A stretch of 64,000 nt of DNA, from contig CP142730.1 of NCBI GenBank assembly GCA_036630325.1, positions 992,001 to 1,056,000 of the forward strand. Direction: 5' to 3'. This DNA is from Vairimorpha necatrix (taxonomy: Eukaryota). A program made the translations under genes and the position numbers. Shown piece after piece: positions 54,724 through 64,000 of this stretch. The notes under the pieces were generated by a model. It was not told where the DNA came from. It made no database searches and saw only the letters and a list, made by a program, of their open reading frames with translations. Each line of letters starts with the position of its first letter. The stretch's first letter is position 1.

Positions 54724-55221
54724 ATTGTTCTAGCTTAAAACAATGTTATTATAATTCTAAAAGCCTTAAAATTTTCTCTTGTAATTAAATTTTTATGTAG
54801 CTTCGAAAGATGTATTTTTTTTTATTATATTTTATTATAAAAACACAAAATATCTTGTATTTTTTTCATTATACCAAAATCTTAAGTTTTTCTAATTATA
54901 TACGGTACATTGTCATAGAATTTTATTTTTTAATCTGATTAAGATTCAAAAATATAATATAAAAATTTAATTTGACCAAGATGTTTAAGAGATATAGACA
55001 AACGAAGAGACACTTAAAATCTTTTTTTATAACTTTGATCTAAATTAAAAAATTTATTTTAAAGAAATATGCTCTTTATTAAAATTTGAATTTTGGCATA
55101 ATTTTATAAACAAAATGGCTCGTATATTATTTGATAAAATATAATATTGTAAAAAAGATAATACACAATTGTAAATTATAAAATTTCTGTAATTTAAATA
55201 GATATAATATTAATTTGTTAT

Positions 55222-55999
55222 GGAGCATTTCCACTTTAGTTCCTTTTACAAATATAAATACAAAATTTTTTATCTTTAGCCTTGTTTTCGAAAGTCGAAG
55301 CGGAAAAAATGTGAAGGAGCAAAAATCAAAAAAATAAAGTTGTAATAAAATAGCATAATTACCAAAAATAAATAAATTATTCCTTCTTTCGTTTATTAAT
55401 CAAGACTTATGTTTATTATACATTGCTTGGTATAATAGAGATAAATCTTATTTAATCTCTATATAAACTATATTATATATGGTTTTTACTTCATTTTAAA
55501 CAATATTTCTTTAATAAATTATAATTATATAAATATACATTTCTACTTTTGGACGGGAAATATAAATATCATATAAAATTGATTTATGATAAAAAAGATT
55601 ATAAATATTACATATTACAAGATTTTTTTACTATAAAAACCAATAAAGTATTAAAAAAGAATTTAATAAAATATATATTGTTTCCTAAAAACTATAATAA
55701 CATAACCTAGAATCTGTTTTTAATAACAAATTCATTTTAATGACAAAGAATATTACATATTTCTACAAATTTAGACTGCTTTAACCACATAAAACAGTAA
55801 TACGTCATTAATAAAGATTTCAAATAATGTATATAATAAATATTGATCAAATCAGATCTTAATGAGATTAATTTTTTGTTTTATGTAGATTTTTATTTGT
55901 TCATTTCCGCTCTGGACGCTTCGATTTCAAAAAAACAAGGCCAAAAATAAAAAATTCTGTATTTATATTGACAAGGGGAGGCTAAAGTGAAAATTGGCC
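55222..55999. mobile_element. Non-autonomous long-TIR element (Merlin-like ends), better-preserved copy
   Basis: GG...CC termini and ~85-bp imperfect TIRs (CACTTTAG...AATATAAATACA.AATTTTTTAT.TTT.GCCTTGTTTT...TCGAAGCG). Candidate 8-bp TSD TTTGTTAT/TTTATTAT (7/8). Homologous to 12509-13282. Confidence 0.8.
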
Positions 56000-56429
56000 T
56001 TTATTATAGATATTTACAATAACATTCATAGCTGTTTGTCGATTTGTAACTTTATTTTAAAGACTGATTGTTTTAAAACGGCTTGAAAATCCATCATTTT
56101 TTTATTTGGTACTGATATCATTTAATAATAGTTTGTATTCGTAGAAAATTCAACATAAAAGTATATAGATTGCTAACTAAATTTGTAATTTTTAAATAAA
56201 TTTTATCAATTTTTTGTTTGATTAATTGTACCTTAAATTTATTTGTGCACTTTTATAGTTTAACTATAAAATTTAATTATAACAAAAAAATTATTAATTT
56301 TTTAATGTATCAAAAAGTTTGTTTGACTTGAAAATGTTAAAGTCTATATATGCTTTTTAAACATAATTTAAAAATTAAAATACTAATTTTACAATGCACT
56401 CTATCATTAAAGAATTTAAGCAACCCTCA

Positions 56430-57998
56430 ATGAGACATTTATTTTCTATATTTAATCTAATTATTATTAGGCCAAATCTTATATCAACAAAAAAGAATTC
56501 AATAAGCAAACAACGTTATATAATTGATCATCATAAAATTTGTCATACTTTGGATGGAGTTGCAGTGGCGACAGGTCAGCCTTATATTCATCCTTTGACT
56601 TATCTTGAAATAGTGTGGGATGCTTTAACAGAAAATGATATATTCAGAAGTTTAATTGATATCACCAAAATTAAAAAAAGTTTTTACAAAAGAGTTTTCA
56701 AGTTAAAGATTGCGTATTTGGAATTGGTCATGCCACAACTTAATTTAAAGAAGCATAGGGATTTTTCATTAAGTAAATTTAGGAACACGGAACAACATTT
56801 TATTAATAACGCTGTAGGTGTGGCAACGGGATATTATAAGATGTTAGGACTTTGCTATAAAAAGAGTCTTGATAAAAGCTTGTTAATAGGAGACGAAATA
56901 AAAAATATAATATATAAAAATACGTGCTATATATATAATGGGGAATATGAAATTCCTTCGATAATTTTCAAGATGTGCAACGGCCTTGTAAGATACCATG
57001 TAAGATGTGAAATTGAGTTAAAAAAAAAAATTTTGCAAATGTTAAAAAATAACAAGAAGCTCATATCGAATGCCGTATGTTATAACAACATCTCAAACAA
57101 AGCACCAATCAACATCGAAAATATGCGTTCCCACTCTAAAAGAAGTGTTATTGATTATAGCAATTTTACCAGTGTGATTAATGATACTAATAAAACTCAA
57201 GGTATTAATTATACCTCTACTTCTAATATACATGATTTTGTCAATATTGACGACATACAAAAGTATCCTCATATAACTACAGAAAATGATATTAGCAAAA
57301 ACACTAATCCTAATATAATGGAAAACTTTGATCATAACACTACTGGTATTGTAAGATATGAAGGTAATTCCAGGATGTTTATTGATGCTCCTACGACTGA
57401 AAGTATTGATTATATATCTACTACTTTTCTGCCCGAGTTTATTAACGTTACTGAGTCGATTATTAATGCTACTATAACCAATACTTTTAAGCACATACCT
57501 ACTGCTAACTTAGTTAATTTTTCTGCCATTACTGAAAATGTTTATATAAATACTATTGCCAGAGAAATTGATCATACAACTGTAACGGAAGGTATCGACT
57601 CTAATATTGTAACTGAAGACGTTGTCCAAATCAATACCACTAAAGCCATTGATAATACCATAAATAATAACAATTACAAAAATGCCATTTTAGAGGATAC
57701 AAGAGTTAATAATGATATTGAAGATGGATTTAAGAACCTTAAAAATTATACAAATAATGGTAGCACTAACATTGGTTTTTTAAAAAGTGAGTATTACCAA
57801 TCATTTTGGGATAATAACTTTTCTTTTATAGTAAATACATCTGCTTTGATGGTTTTGATTATTGTTATAATGATTATTTACTATTTTGTATTTAGGAAAT
57901 ACTTCAACAAAAAAGGAACTCGCAAAATATACGAATCTGATAGTAATGTGTTGGAATTAACAGAATTTAATTCTTTATGTACATCTAAAGATAAATAG
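56430..57998 (+). CDS. 6-Cys type I membrane family, subfamily B member B3 (522 aa)
   Basis: Start moved to CCCTCA-ATG. HHKICHTLDGVAVATGQP, VWDALTENDIF, GVATGYYKMLGLCYK, NTCYI, IPSIIFKMCNG, RC, AVC, ~250-aa Thr/Asn-rich stalk, TM helix. Confidence 0.92.
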   Translation: MRHLFSIFNLIIIRPNLISTKKNSISKQRYIIDHHKICHTLDGVAVATGQPYIHPLTYLEIVWDALTENDIFRSLIDITKIKKSFYKRVFKLKIAYLELVMPQLNLKKHRDFSLSKFRNTEQHFINNAVGVATGYYKMLGLCYKKSLDKSLLIGDEIKNIIYKNTCYIYNGEYEIPSIIFKMCNGLVRYHVRCEIELKKKILQMLKNNKKLISNAVCYNNISNKAPINIENMRSHSKRSVIDYSNFTSVINDTNKTQGINYTSTSNIHDFVNIDDIQKYPHITTENDISKNTNPNIMENFDHNTTGIVRYEGNSRMFIDAPTTESIDYISTTFLPEFINVTESIINATITNTFKHIPTANLVNFSAITENVYINTIAREIDHTTVTEGIDSNIVTEDVVQINTTKAIDNTINNNNYKNAILEDTRVNNDIEDGFKNLKNYTNNGSTNIGFLKSEYYQSFWDNNFSFIVNTSALMVLIIVIMIIYYFVFRKYFNKKGTRKIYESDSNVLELTEFNSLCTSKDK

Positions 57999-59404
57999 AG
58001 GTTGTATTATTATAAACAACGATAATAACATTTCGTTGAGATCTAAAAAATTTAATGTAAATAAATGATTGATTTTACTTAGATCAATATTTTTTTTATA
58101 TTAGTTTGATTAAAATCCATTTTAATATGTAAAATTGTCAAAAATCTAATATCTACCTAAATTTGGCCCTGCTTGCCAAAAAGTTACAGACACAAAAATG
58201 CTTTAGCTCAATCAAGATAGAATATCTATCGGCGCATATTGTTTAAATCATAAAAAGCCTTTATTTTTTATTTTTGTATGATTAGAACATCATTTTACAA
58301 TTAGCATCTCGTTCGAATCCTCTTTTTTACTTTGCACATGATATTTTTTTCCAAATTCTCCTTCGATGTTTTTAAGGTCCTTGTATGAGTTATAAATTAA
58401 GATATACCTGAAATTATGCTTTTTTAAATCTTGCATGTTGCTAAATTTGTAAGTCTTTTCAAGTAGACATATAGAATTAGTTTGATTAAACATCCATCAA
58501 TAGACCAAATTTTGATTCTTAAAATGTTGACTTATGTAATTTTCCCAATTCATTATAGAAGATTGTCAATCTATGTGACTAATATTTCATCGGGTAAAAT
58601 TTATTAATTGACTTTCTATATAACTACTATGTCTAATTATTAAAGCATGATTTTTGAAGTTGTAAAGTAGCGTCAAGATTTATAACTACGAATTAGAAGC
58701 TACCTGATAACCGATGGGTTTCTTAAGATACTTATATACATCTTAATCTTAAATTCTTTACATAAGATCATTATGCAAAAACTTTTTCCATATGCGTTGT
58801 ATGTTGTCGTGGCCCCTTTTTGCAAATTTTTGCAATATATTTCCAATTTTAAAGATTGGTTATAAAAAACATTGGTTTTTTGTTTTAATAAGTAAATTAC
58901 TATTTAATTGAAAAATAGTCTGCTTTCTATGTTGCCCGTGTATTTAATTTTTGTAGCCACAGCCAATTGTTTCAGCAGCAGCCTAAATCATTTTAGTCCT
59001 TAAGTTCAATAAAAACTTAAAACTAAAGTATCTTTTTGTGTGCGGTATTTAAATTGTAAAATTTTTGTTTTTTTCTTAAATTTTGCTTCCGTTGACATCT
59101 TTTGTTATTTTACAAAAAATTGATAATATAATTGCTTCTAAATATACAAAAGATGATAATAATAAACAATAAAAGATTAACTGCTGTATATAACATTGGT
59201 CATGTGATTGGTTCTTAATAAATTTATAAATGCGAATCGCCTATTGTATAATAATTGAATCCATACCTCACTTTTTAAAAATTGTTTTAGTTTGCTAAAA
59301 AATTTCTTATGAATTAAATTAAATTAATCATAAGGTAATTATTAGATAAATATAAGGCTAAAGTTAGCTTTAGCTAACAAAAATGCATATAGGGTTTTTT
59401 TTTT

Positions 59405-59634
59405 AATTTACCTCCACTGCCGCGCCCTCTATATGGTCACATCATCTTCTAGCTACCTCTACTATGTTCTTGGTTCCAGATCCTCCTATGCCGAGTTCTT
59501 TCCGGTGCACAAAGGAGATGCTTTCAAGTGTTTTCTTTATAATTCTAATTAGTATTAAGCTTCAGTACTAGTCGATAGGCCGATGGCATAAAATAATTAC
59601 TGTGGTATTTTGTCACAATTCCGTCCCATGTATT
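59405..59634 (-). mobile_element. Decayed RLE non-LTR 3' fragment
   Basis: Reverse strand reads TWDGIVTKYH and IKKTLESISF, matching the RLE family C-terminus. Confidence 0.75.
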
Positions 59635-61053
59635 ATTTAATTCTTAATATAGAGTCTTTAATGTTCTTAATAAAAAAATGTGCAATTAAAAAAAATGTAG
59701 TTTCCATGTTCAACCTTTTTCTAATGTAATTTATTGAAATTTTTTTAACTGCAGGATTAAATGTAAATGTAGATAAAGGACATATATGAATATCGTGATA
59801 TCGGACAGTATTTGTTAACATCTAATTCGAATAAAAAAAATGATCTTTATATACATGTAGATTCAATAAAATTTCAAGCAGAAAAAAATGCGATTTATGT
59901 TTGTTTTATTTATATTTATAAAGATTTAAATCTGTTTTAAGCTAATGTGAAGACATTATAGTCTATTTTGAAAAAGTTACAGTGCGTTGTTAAAATAAGA
60001 CTTTCCTATTTTTAAAATCCCTTTTTATTAATCAAAAACAATATTTCATTTATTGTTTCTTAATATTTTAACACCCGCTGGTAGTTTCACTGCCGCTTTC
60101 TTCTTTATTTGATATACTTCCTTGCATATTTTATATTATAAAATTTTGAATCAAAAATACAAAAGTTGTGCTTTTTTACTTTTAGATTTCTGTGATATTC
60201 TTTAAATGTTTATCGACTACTTCGAAGTTATTAATAAAACGTTTGCCTATAGGTATTAATGACACCTGCCATGTGATTGTTGTCGAGTTACTCTCAAGAC
60301 AATAATTAGTGGCTTTTTAGAAAATAGTGTTTTATTAATGAATTTTTTTTACACATTGTGCCCTTTTTTAAGGCAATTTGCTTAAATACATTTTCTAAAC
60401 GTTTCCCCTAAAATGTAGCACTTGGATAGGAAATAAAAGTAACACAAAAGTTGTAGAAATATGTGCAGAACATACATTAATAACATAATTGCTGGAAATT
60501 CCAGAAGTGCCAAATATCTCATTTGTTCGAAACAAATGCAGAATTCATTTTGACTAGGAATTCTGATGGTCGGCGTAGGTTAGCCACATGACAGCGATGT
60601 TAATAATAACATCGCGTTGTTATTTTTTTATTTTGAGTGTTAAGACTTTTTGTGGGCCTGATTTGATTATTTAATATGCATGCTTACATTATAAAATCTA
60701 ATGTTATTTGCGCTTGAAAAGTCTAAGTTTGTGGTCATTGATTAGTTATATCTCACAAAGGTGTTTTTGTTTATTTATCGAGGATTTTACGTTTAAAAAA
60801 TTTGTCACTATTTTTGTAAAATAGTCGTTCTATATGCCTTAATTACACAAATAGGCCTTCAAAATTCAATCATTTTTTAGTCTCTCAATAAACCTGTCAC
60901 AATGAAACTAATTTTTTTAACTTAAATAGTCTCAAAAAGTATCAACTTTTTTACTGACACAAAACAAAGTTCTTCAATTATTTTATTGATGTTTCTTAAT
61001 TAAAAAAATCTTATATGTGAAATCTTTTTTATCGCAATGTATATTGCTAAAAT

Positions 61054-62308
61054 GGAGAAAGGATACTATTAGCCCACGCATTTGAGGCGCTACGATTTTT
61101 TTTCTCGAACTCCAAAAATGAAGTGCAAAAAAAGTAGGAGAAGATAGGGGACAAAAAATACTTACCACTTTCGATAGTTAAAATTCTTAATTATAACATA
61201 GAACACATTTAATTAAATTTTTAAACCAAATTTTTTCCTTTTTTTGTGTTTAAATATATAATTTACATTTTACAATTTTTTTAAATTTCTTAAATTTGTA
61301 ATAAATAAATCCTTACAAATGATTGAGAAGTATAAAACATCTAAGGAATCATGGATGCATCAAAGAAATTAAATTAACTACTATTTTCTGTCCACTTTGC
61401 ATTGGTAATTTAAAAAGATGCAAAAAACCTCGAATAAACTCATTTGTTCGACGAGAACATGTAGAAAAAATATTATTATTACAAATAAAAAGCCTTTTTT
61501 AACGCACTATTACCATGGTTAAAAATATGTCAGGTGATTTTTTTGTTTATTCATAATACTCCTTCTAAAAAAAAATATATATTATATATAAGTAGAAAAA
61601 CAATTAATGCAATTATCAGTGATGTTAGCAAAAATGTTACCGGTAATAAAAAGATTGGGGGACCTGGTATCATTGTAGAGATTGAAGAATCTAAATTTGG
61701 GGAAAGGAAATACAATAAAGAACACAAAGTTGAAGGAGTCTAGGAACTTGGAATGATCGAAAGGACAAAAGAAAGGGGTATAGTCTTACTTAAGGTAAAA
61801 AATAGGAAAACTGAAACTTTCGAAGGTTTTACCAAAGAGTACGTACTGCCTGGCTCCATAATCTATACAGATTGTTGGAAAGAATACTCAAATCTATCAA
61901 AAATAAGAATATATGACCACTATACGGTAAATCATTCAATCGGTTTTGTAAATCCAATTAATGGAGTCCATACAAATACGATCGAAGGAACTTGGTCTGC
62001 AGTAAAAAGAGTAATACCGATAAAAAAATCGTGTATAAAATGATATAAATTGCTTTGCAAACATTTTTGCATTCAGAAGAAACAATTCATATAAACCCGT
62101 ACTAATCTTATTAAATAAAAGTTTTAACTTAAAATCTTGGTTTAAAAATTTAATTAAAGTCGTTTTATTTTAGGTAAAGAATTTTAACTATCGAAAGTGG
62201 TCAATATTTCTTTTCCTCTACTTTCTCCTCCTTTTTTTGCTCTTCATTTTTGGGGTTCAAAAAAAATCGTAGCGCCTCAAATGCGTGGGCTGATAGTTAT
62301 CTTTAGCC
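61054..62308 (+). mobile_element. Merlin transposon copy 3 with long (~170-bp) imperfect TIRs
   Basis: AGCCCACGCATTTGAGGCGCTACGATTTTTTT and ACCACTTTCGATAGTTAAAATTCTT on the left are mirrored exactly at ~62178-62291. Exact termini and TSD are uncertain. Confidence 0.85.
61319..62043 (+). pseudogene. Merlin/ISXO2 transposase, disrupted
   Basis: KIGGPGIIVEIEESKFGERKYNK (catalytic D apparently changed to E), in-frame TAG at 61741 (probably from TGG), IYTDCW, TVNHSIGFVNP, HTNTIEGTW. N-terminus is frameshifted and the start is approximate. Confidence 0.88.
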
Positions 62309-62460
62309 ATTTGCTTGCATACTTTTTAGCAAATATTTATTGTGGTATTTCTCAGTGGGACATTCTCCGTACAAAGAAAACTCTCTACTATATTCGTTAT
62401 AGTTTTATAATTTTGTTTAATAAGATTTTTATTGTAATTAATACAGTCCATTTCATTTTT

Positions 62461-62631
62461 ATAGACACCTTGTTTCATAATTATAGACACCTTGTTCCAT
62501 TTTTATAGACACCTTGTTTCATTTTTATAGAACCCTCATTTTATTATTATTATAGACACCTTGTTTCATTTTTATAGAACCCTCATTTCATTATTATAGA
62601 CACCTTGTTTCATTTTTATAGACACCTTGTT
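62461..62631 (+). repeat. 22-bp tandem repeat array (8 units, two variants)
   Basis: Units start at 62461, 62483, 62505, 62527, 62552, 62574, 62596, 62618. Type A is ATAGACACCTTGTTTCATTTTT. Type B (units 4 and 6) is ATAGAACCCTCATTT(C/T)ATTATT. Confidence 0.92.
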
Positions 62632-62665
62632 ATAAAATGTAGGGTTTAGAACCCTTAATAAATAA

Positions 62666-64000
62666 ATGGTTAACATGGCGAACACAAGGATGAACAGGGA
62701 AACAAGAGAGTCCCGTAGTCAAGAGGCTAGAACATTAGAGAAAGAGGCAATTAGGATAGATAAGAGACTAAAGTTAATATTGAAAGTTGAGAAAGTTGAG
62801 TGGAAAGATGTTATGGATTTGGCATCTGCGAACTTGCAGGATTATATTTTTGAAAATTTTTGTGACGGAAGGAGCAGTTGGGAGGAAATTTATAAAGGCT
62901 TACAAAAAGGAGCAGAATTTGAGAGAGAGTCAGAAGAAAGACAAGAAATGATTAAAGAGATTATGGATAAAGTGTTGAAAGAGTTTAGGGAAGAAAGAAA
63001 AGAAAATCTTAGGATGTATAGGAAAAGAAGAGAAATCAGAGAAACTACAAAATGTTTTATATGTAAGAAAGAAGGGCATTACGCTAGAGAATGTCATGAA
63101 AGTGTAGCTGGTAGGGAAAAATATAAAATTAAAAAGGAACAAGTTTTACAGAAAGAACCAATTATCAACAATGAAGGGAAAAGATGTAAAACAGTAAATA
63201 AGTTAGAAAATTTAATTAAAAAGTATCCGGAAGTTTTTAAAGAATCAGAAGAAAAGATAAAATATCTCACAGGAGAGAAGTGTCCAATAAATACTAAGCA
63301 AGGTGAAAAGGTTGTGAAAAGAGGGCAGAATGTGCCATACTACCTTAGGGTGAAATTTGAGGAGTACTTGAATAAGTTGAAAAATAGAGGGGTTATAAGA
63401 CGTTCCAAAAGTGAGTGGAGGAGTCCAATAAGAGCACTTGAAAAACCAAATGGGGACGTAAGATTGGTAAGCAATTTGATGGCGTTAAACGATTTGGTTG
63501 ACAAGGACCAGTACTCACTACCGTTAATTAAGGATATTATGAGAGCCACACAGGGGTCAAAAGTATTTACGGTTATCGACTTAAAAGAAGGGTTTTATCA
63601 TATTGAGATTGAGGAGCACCATAAGCACAAAACAGCATTTGAAGTGAATGGTCGAGTATACGAATGGAATAGTATGGTTATGGGGTTTAAGAATTCGCCT
63701 CATATAATGCAGAGAGTAATGAACAGAGTTTTAGATGAATTCAGAGGTAAAGGCGTGGAAGTATATATGGATGATATAGTTATTCATGGTAAAGACGTAA
63801 GAGTGCATGACGAGTTACTAGAGAGGGTAATTAAAAAGTTTAAAGAGTGTGGGTTGAGAATAAACCAAACAAAGATACAATACAAAAAAGATGAGGTGAT
63901 GTTGCTGGGAGTAACAATTAATGGGGAGGTCATGGGACCGAATGAGATTAAAAAGCAGGAGACATTGGAATATAGAAAACCTGAGAATGTTAGAGAGTTA
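62666..64000 (+). CDS. Ty3/gypsy-like Gag-RT polyprotein, open to window end
   Basis: Uninterrupted frame from ATG 62666/62675. CFICKKEGHYAREC knuckle at 63053-63094. RT motifs SEWRSPI, KPNGDVRL, FTVIDLKEGFYHI, KTAF, MGFKNSP, YMDD (63764-63775). Confidence 0.93.
   Translation, partial: MVNMANTRMNRETRESRSQEARTLEKEAIRIDKRLKLILKVEKVEWKDVMDLASANLQDYIFENFCDGRSSWEEIYKGLQKGAEFERESEERQEMIKEIMDKVLKEFREERKENLRMYRKRREIRETTKCFICKKEGHYARECHESVAGREKYKIKKEQVLQKEPIINNEGKRCKTVNKLENLIKKYPEVFKESEEKIKYLTGEKCPINTKQGEKVVKRGQNVPYYLRVKFEEYLNKLKNRGVIRRSKSEWRSPIRALEKPNGDVRLVSNLMALNDLVDKDQYSLPLIKDIMRATQGSKVFTVIDLKEGFYHIEIEEHHKHKTAFEVNGRVYEWNSMVMGFKNSPHIMQRVMNRVLDEFRGKGVEVYMDDIVIHGKDVRVHDELLERVIKKFKECGLRINQTKIQYKKDEVMLLGVTINGEVMGPNEIKKQETLEYRKPENVREL

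Larger units (their letters stand above)
62341..64000 (+). mobile_element. Ty3/gypsy-like retrotransposon, 5' part
   Basis: Candidate LTR TGTGG...TAACA (62341-62675) followed by TGGCG (PBS-like). Boundaries unconfirmed because the 3' LTR is outside the window. Confidence 0.6.

Noticed and set aside
1764-59821. Short F/I/K/N-rich ORFs of 60-96 aa (e.g. 1764, 8364, 12425, 18439, 25040, 33469, 33959, 34684, 58290, 59633)
   Set aside because: Composition is what random AT-rich DNA gives, with no recognisable domains and no clear CCC start context.
60983-62508. Similar ORFs 60983..61168 and 62197..62508 as a small gene pair
   Set aside because: Their similarity comes from translating the two TIRs of Merlin copy 3.
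62461-62631. CRISPR-like array next to an RT gene
   Set aside because: Units are directly adjacent with no unique spacers, there are no cas genes, and the context is eukaryotic with a Ty3/gypsy-type RT.
314-63549. Antisense ORFs (314..688, 16848..17132, 23001..23309, 39502..39711, 53475..53702, 57093..57494, 62930..63142, 63340..63549)
   Set aside because: They are shadows of better-supported ORFs on the opposite strand.

Overview
Very AT-rich, intronless, gene-sparse eukaryotic DNA. It is most consistent with a large-genome microsporidian (inference from a CCC motif just upstream of almost every true ATG, plus Merlin/ISXO2-like, RLE non-LTR and Ty3/gypsy elements). The window is dominated by an array of 14 highly diverged paralogues of an unrecognised type I membrane protein family: signal peptide, ~200-aa ectodomain with six conserved Cys and a W-x-x-[IL]-T-x-[HN]-x-x-F-like motif, variable Asn/Thr-rich stalk, C-terminal TM helix and short basic tail. 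Eleven copies (7 intact, 3 with only 1-2 lesions, 1 decayed relic) lie on the minus strand from 2 to 42 kb. Three longer copies of a distinct subfamily lie on the plus strand from 45 to 58 kb. One unrelated N-anchored membrane protein gene sits inside the array. Interspersed are three disrupted Merlin transposons, several non-autonomous TIR elements and five 5'-truncated RLE non-LTR retrotransposon fragments, two of them nearly identical and (TA)n-associated. A TTAA-CCC inverted-repeat pair 18.4 kb apart brackets six genes. At the right edge is an open Ty3/gypsy-like ORF, absent from the ORF track, in which a very short Gag and CCHC knuckle run directly into RT with no aspartic protease; it is preceded by a 22-bp tandem repeat array. 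No rRNA, tRNA or CRISPR array was found.
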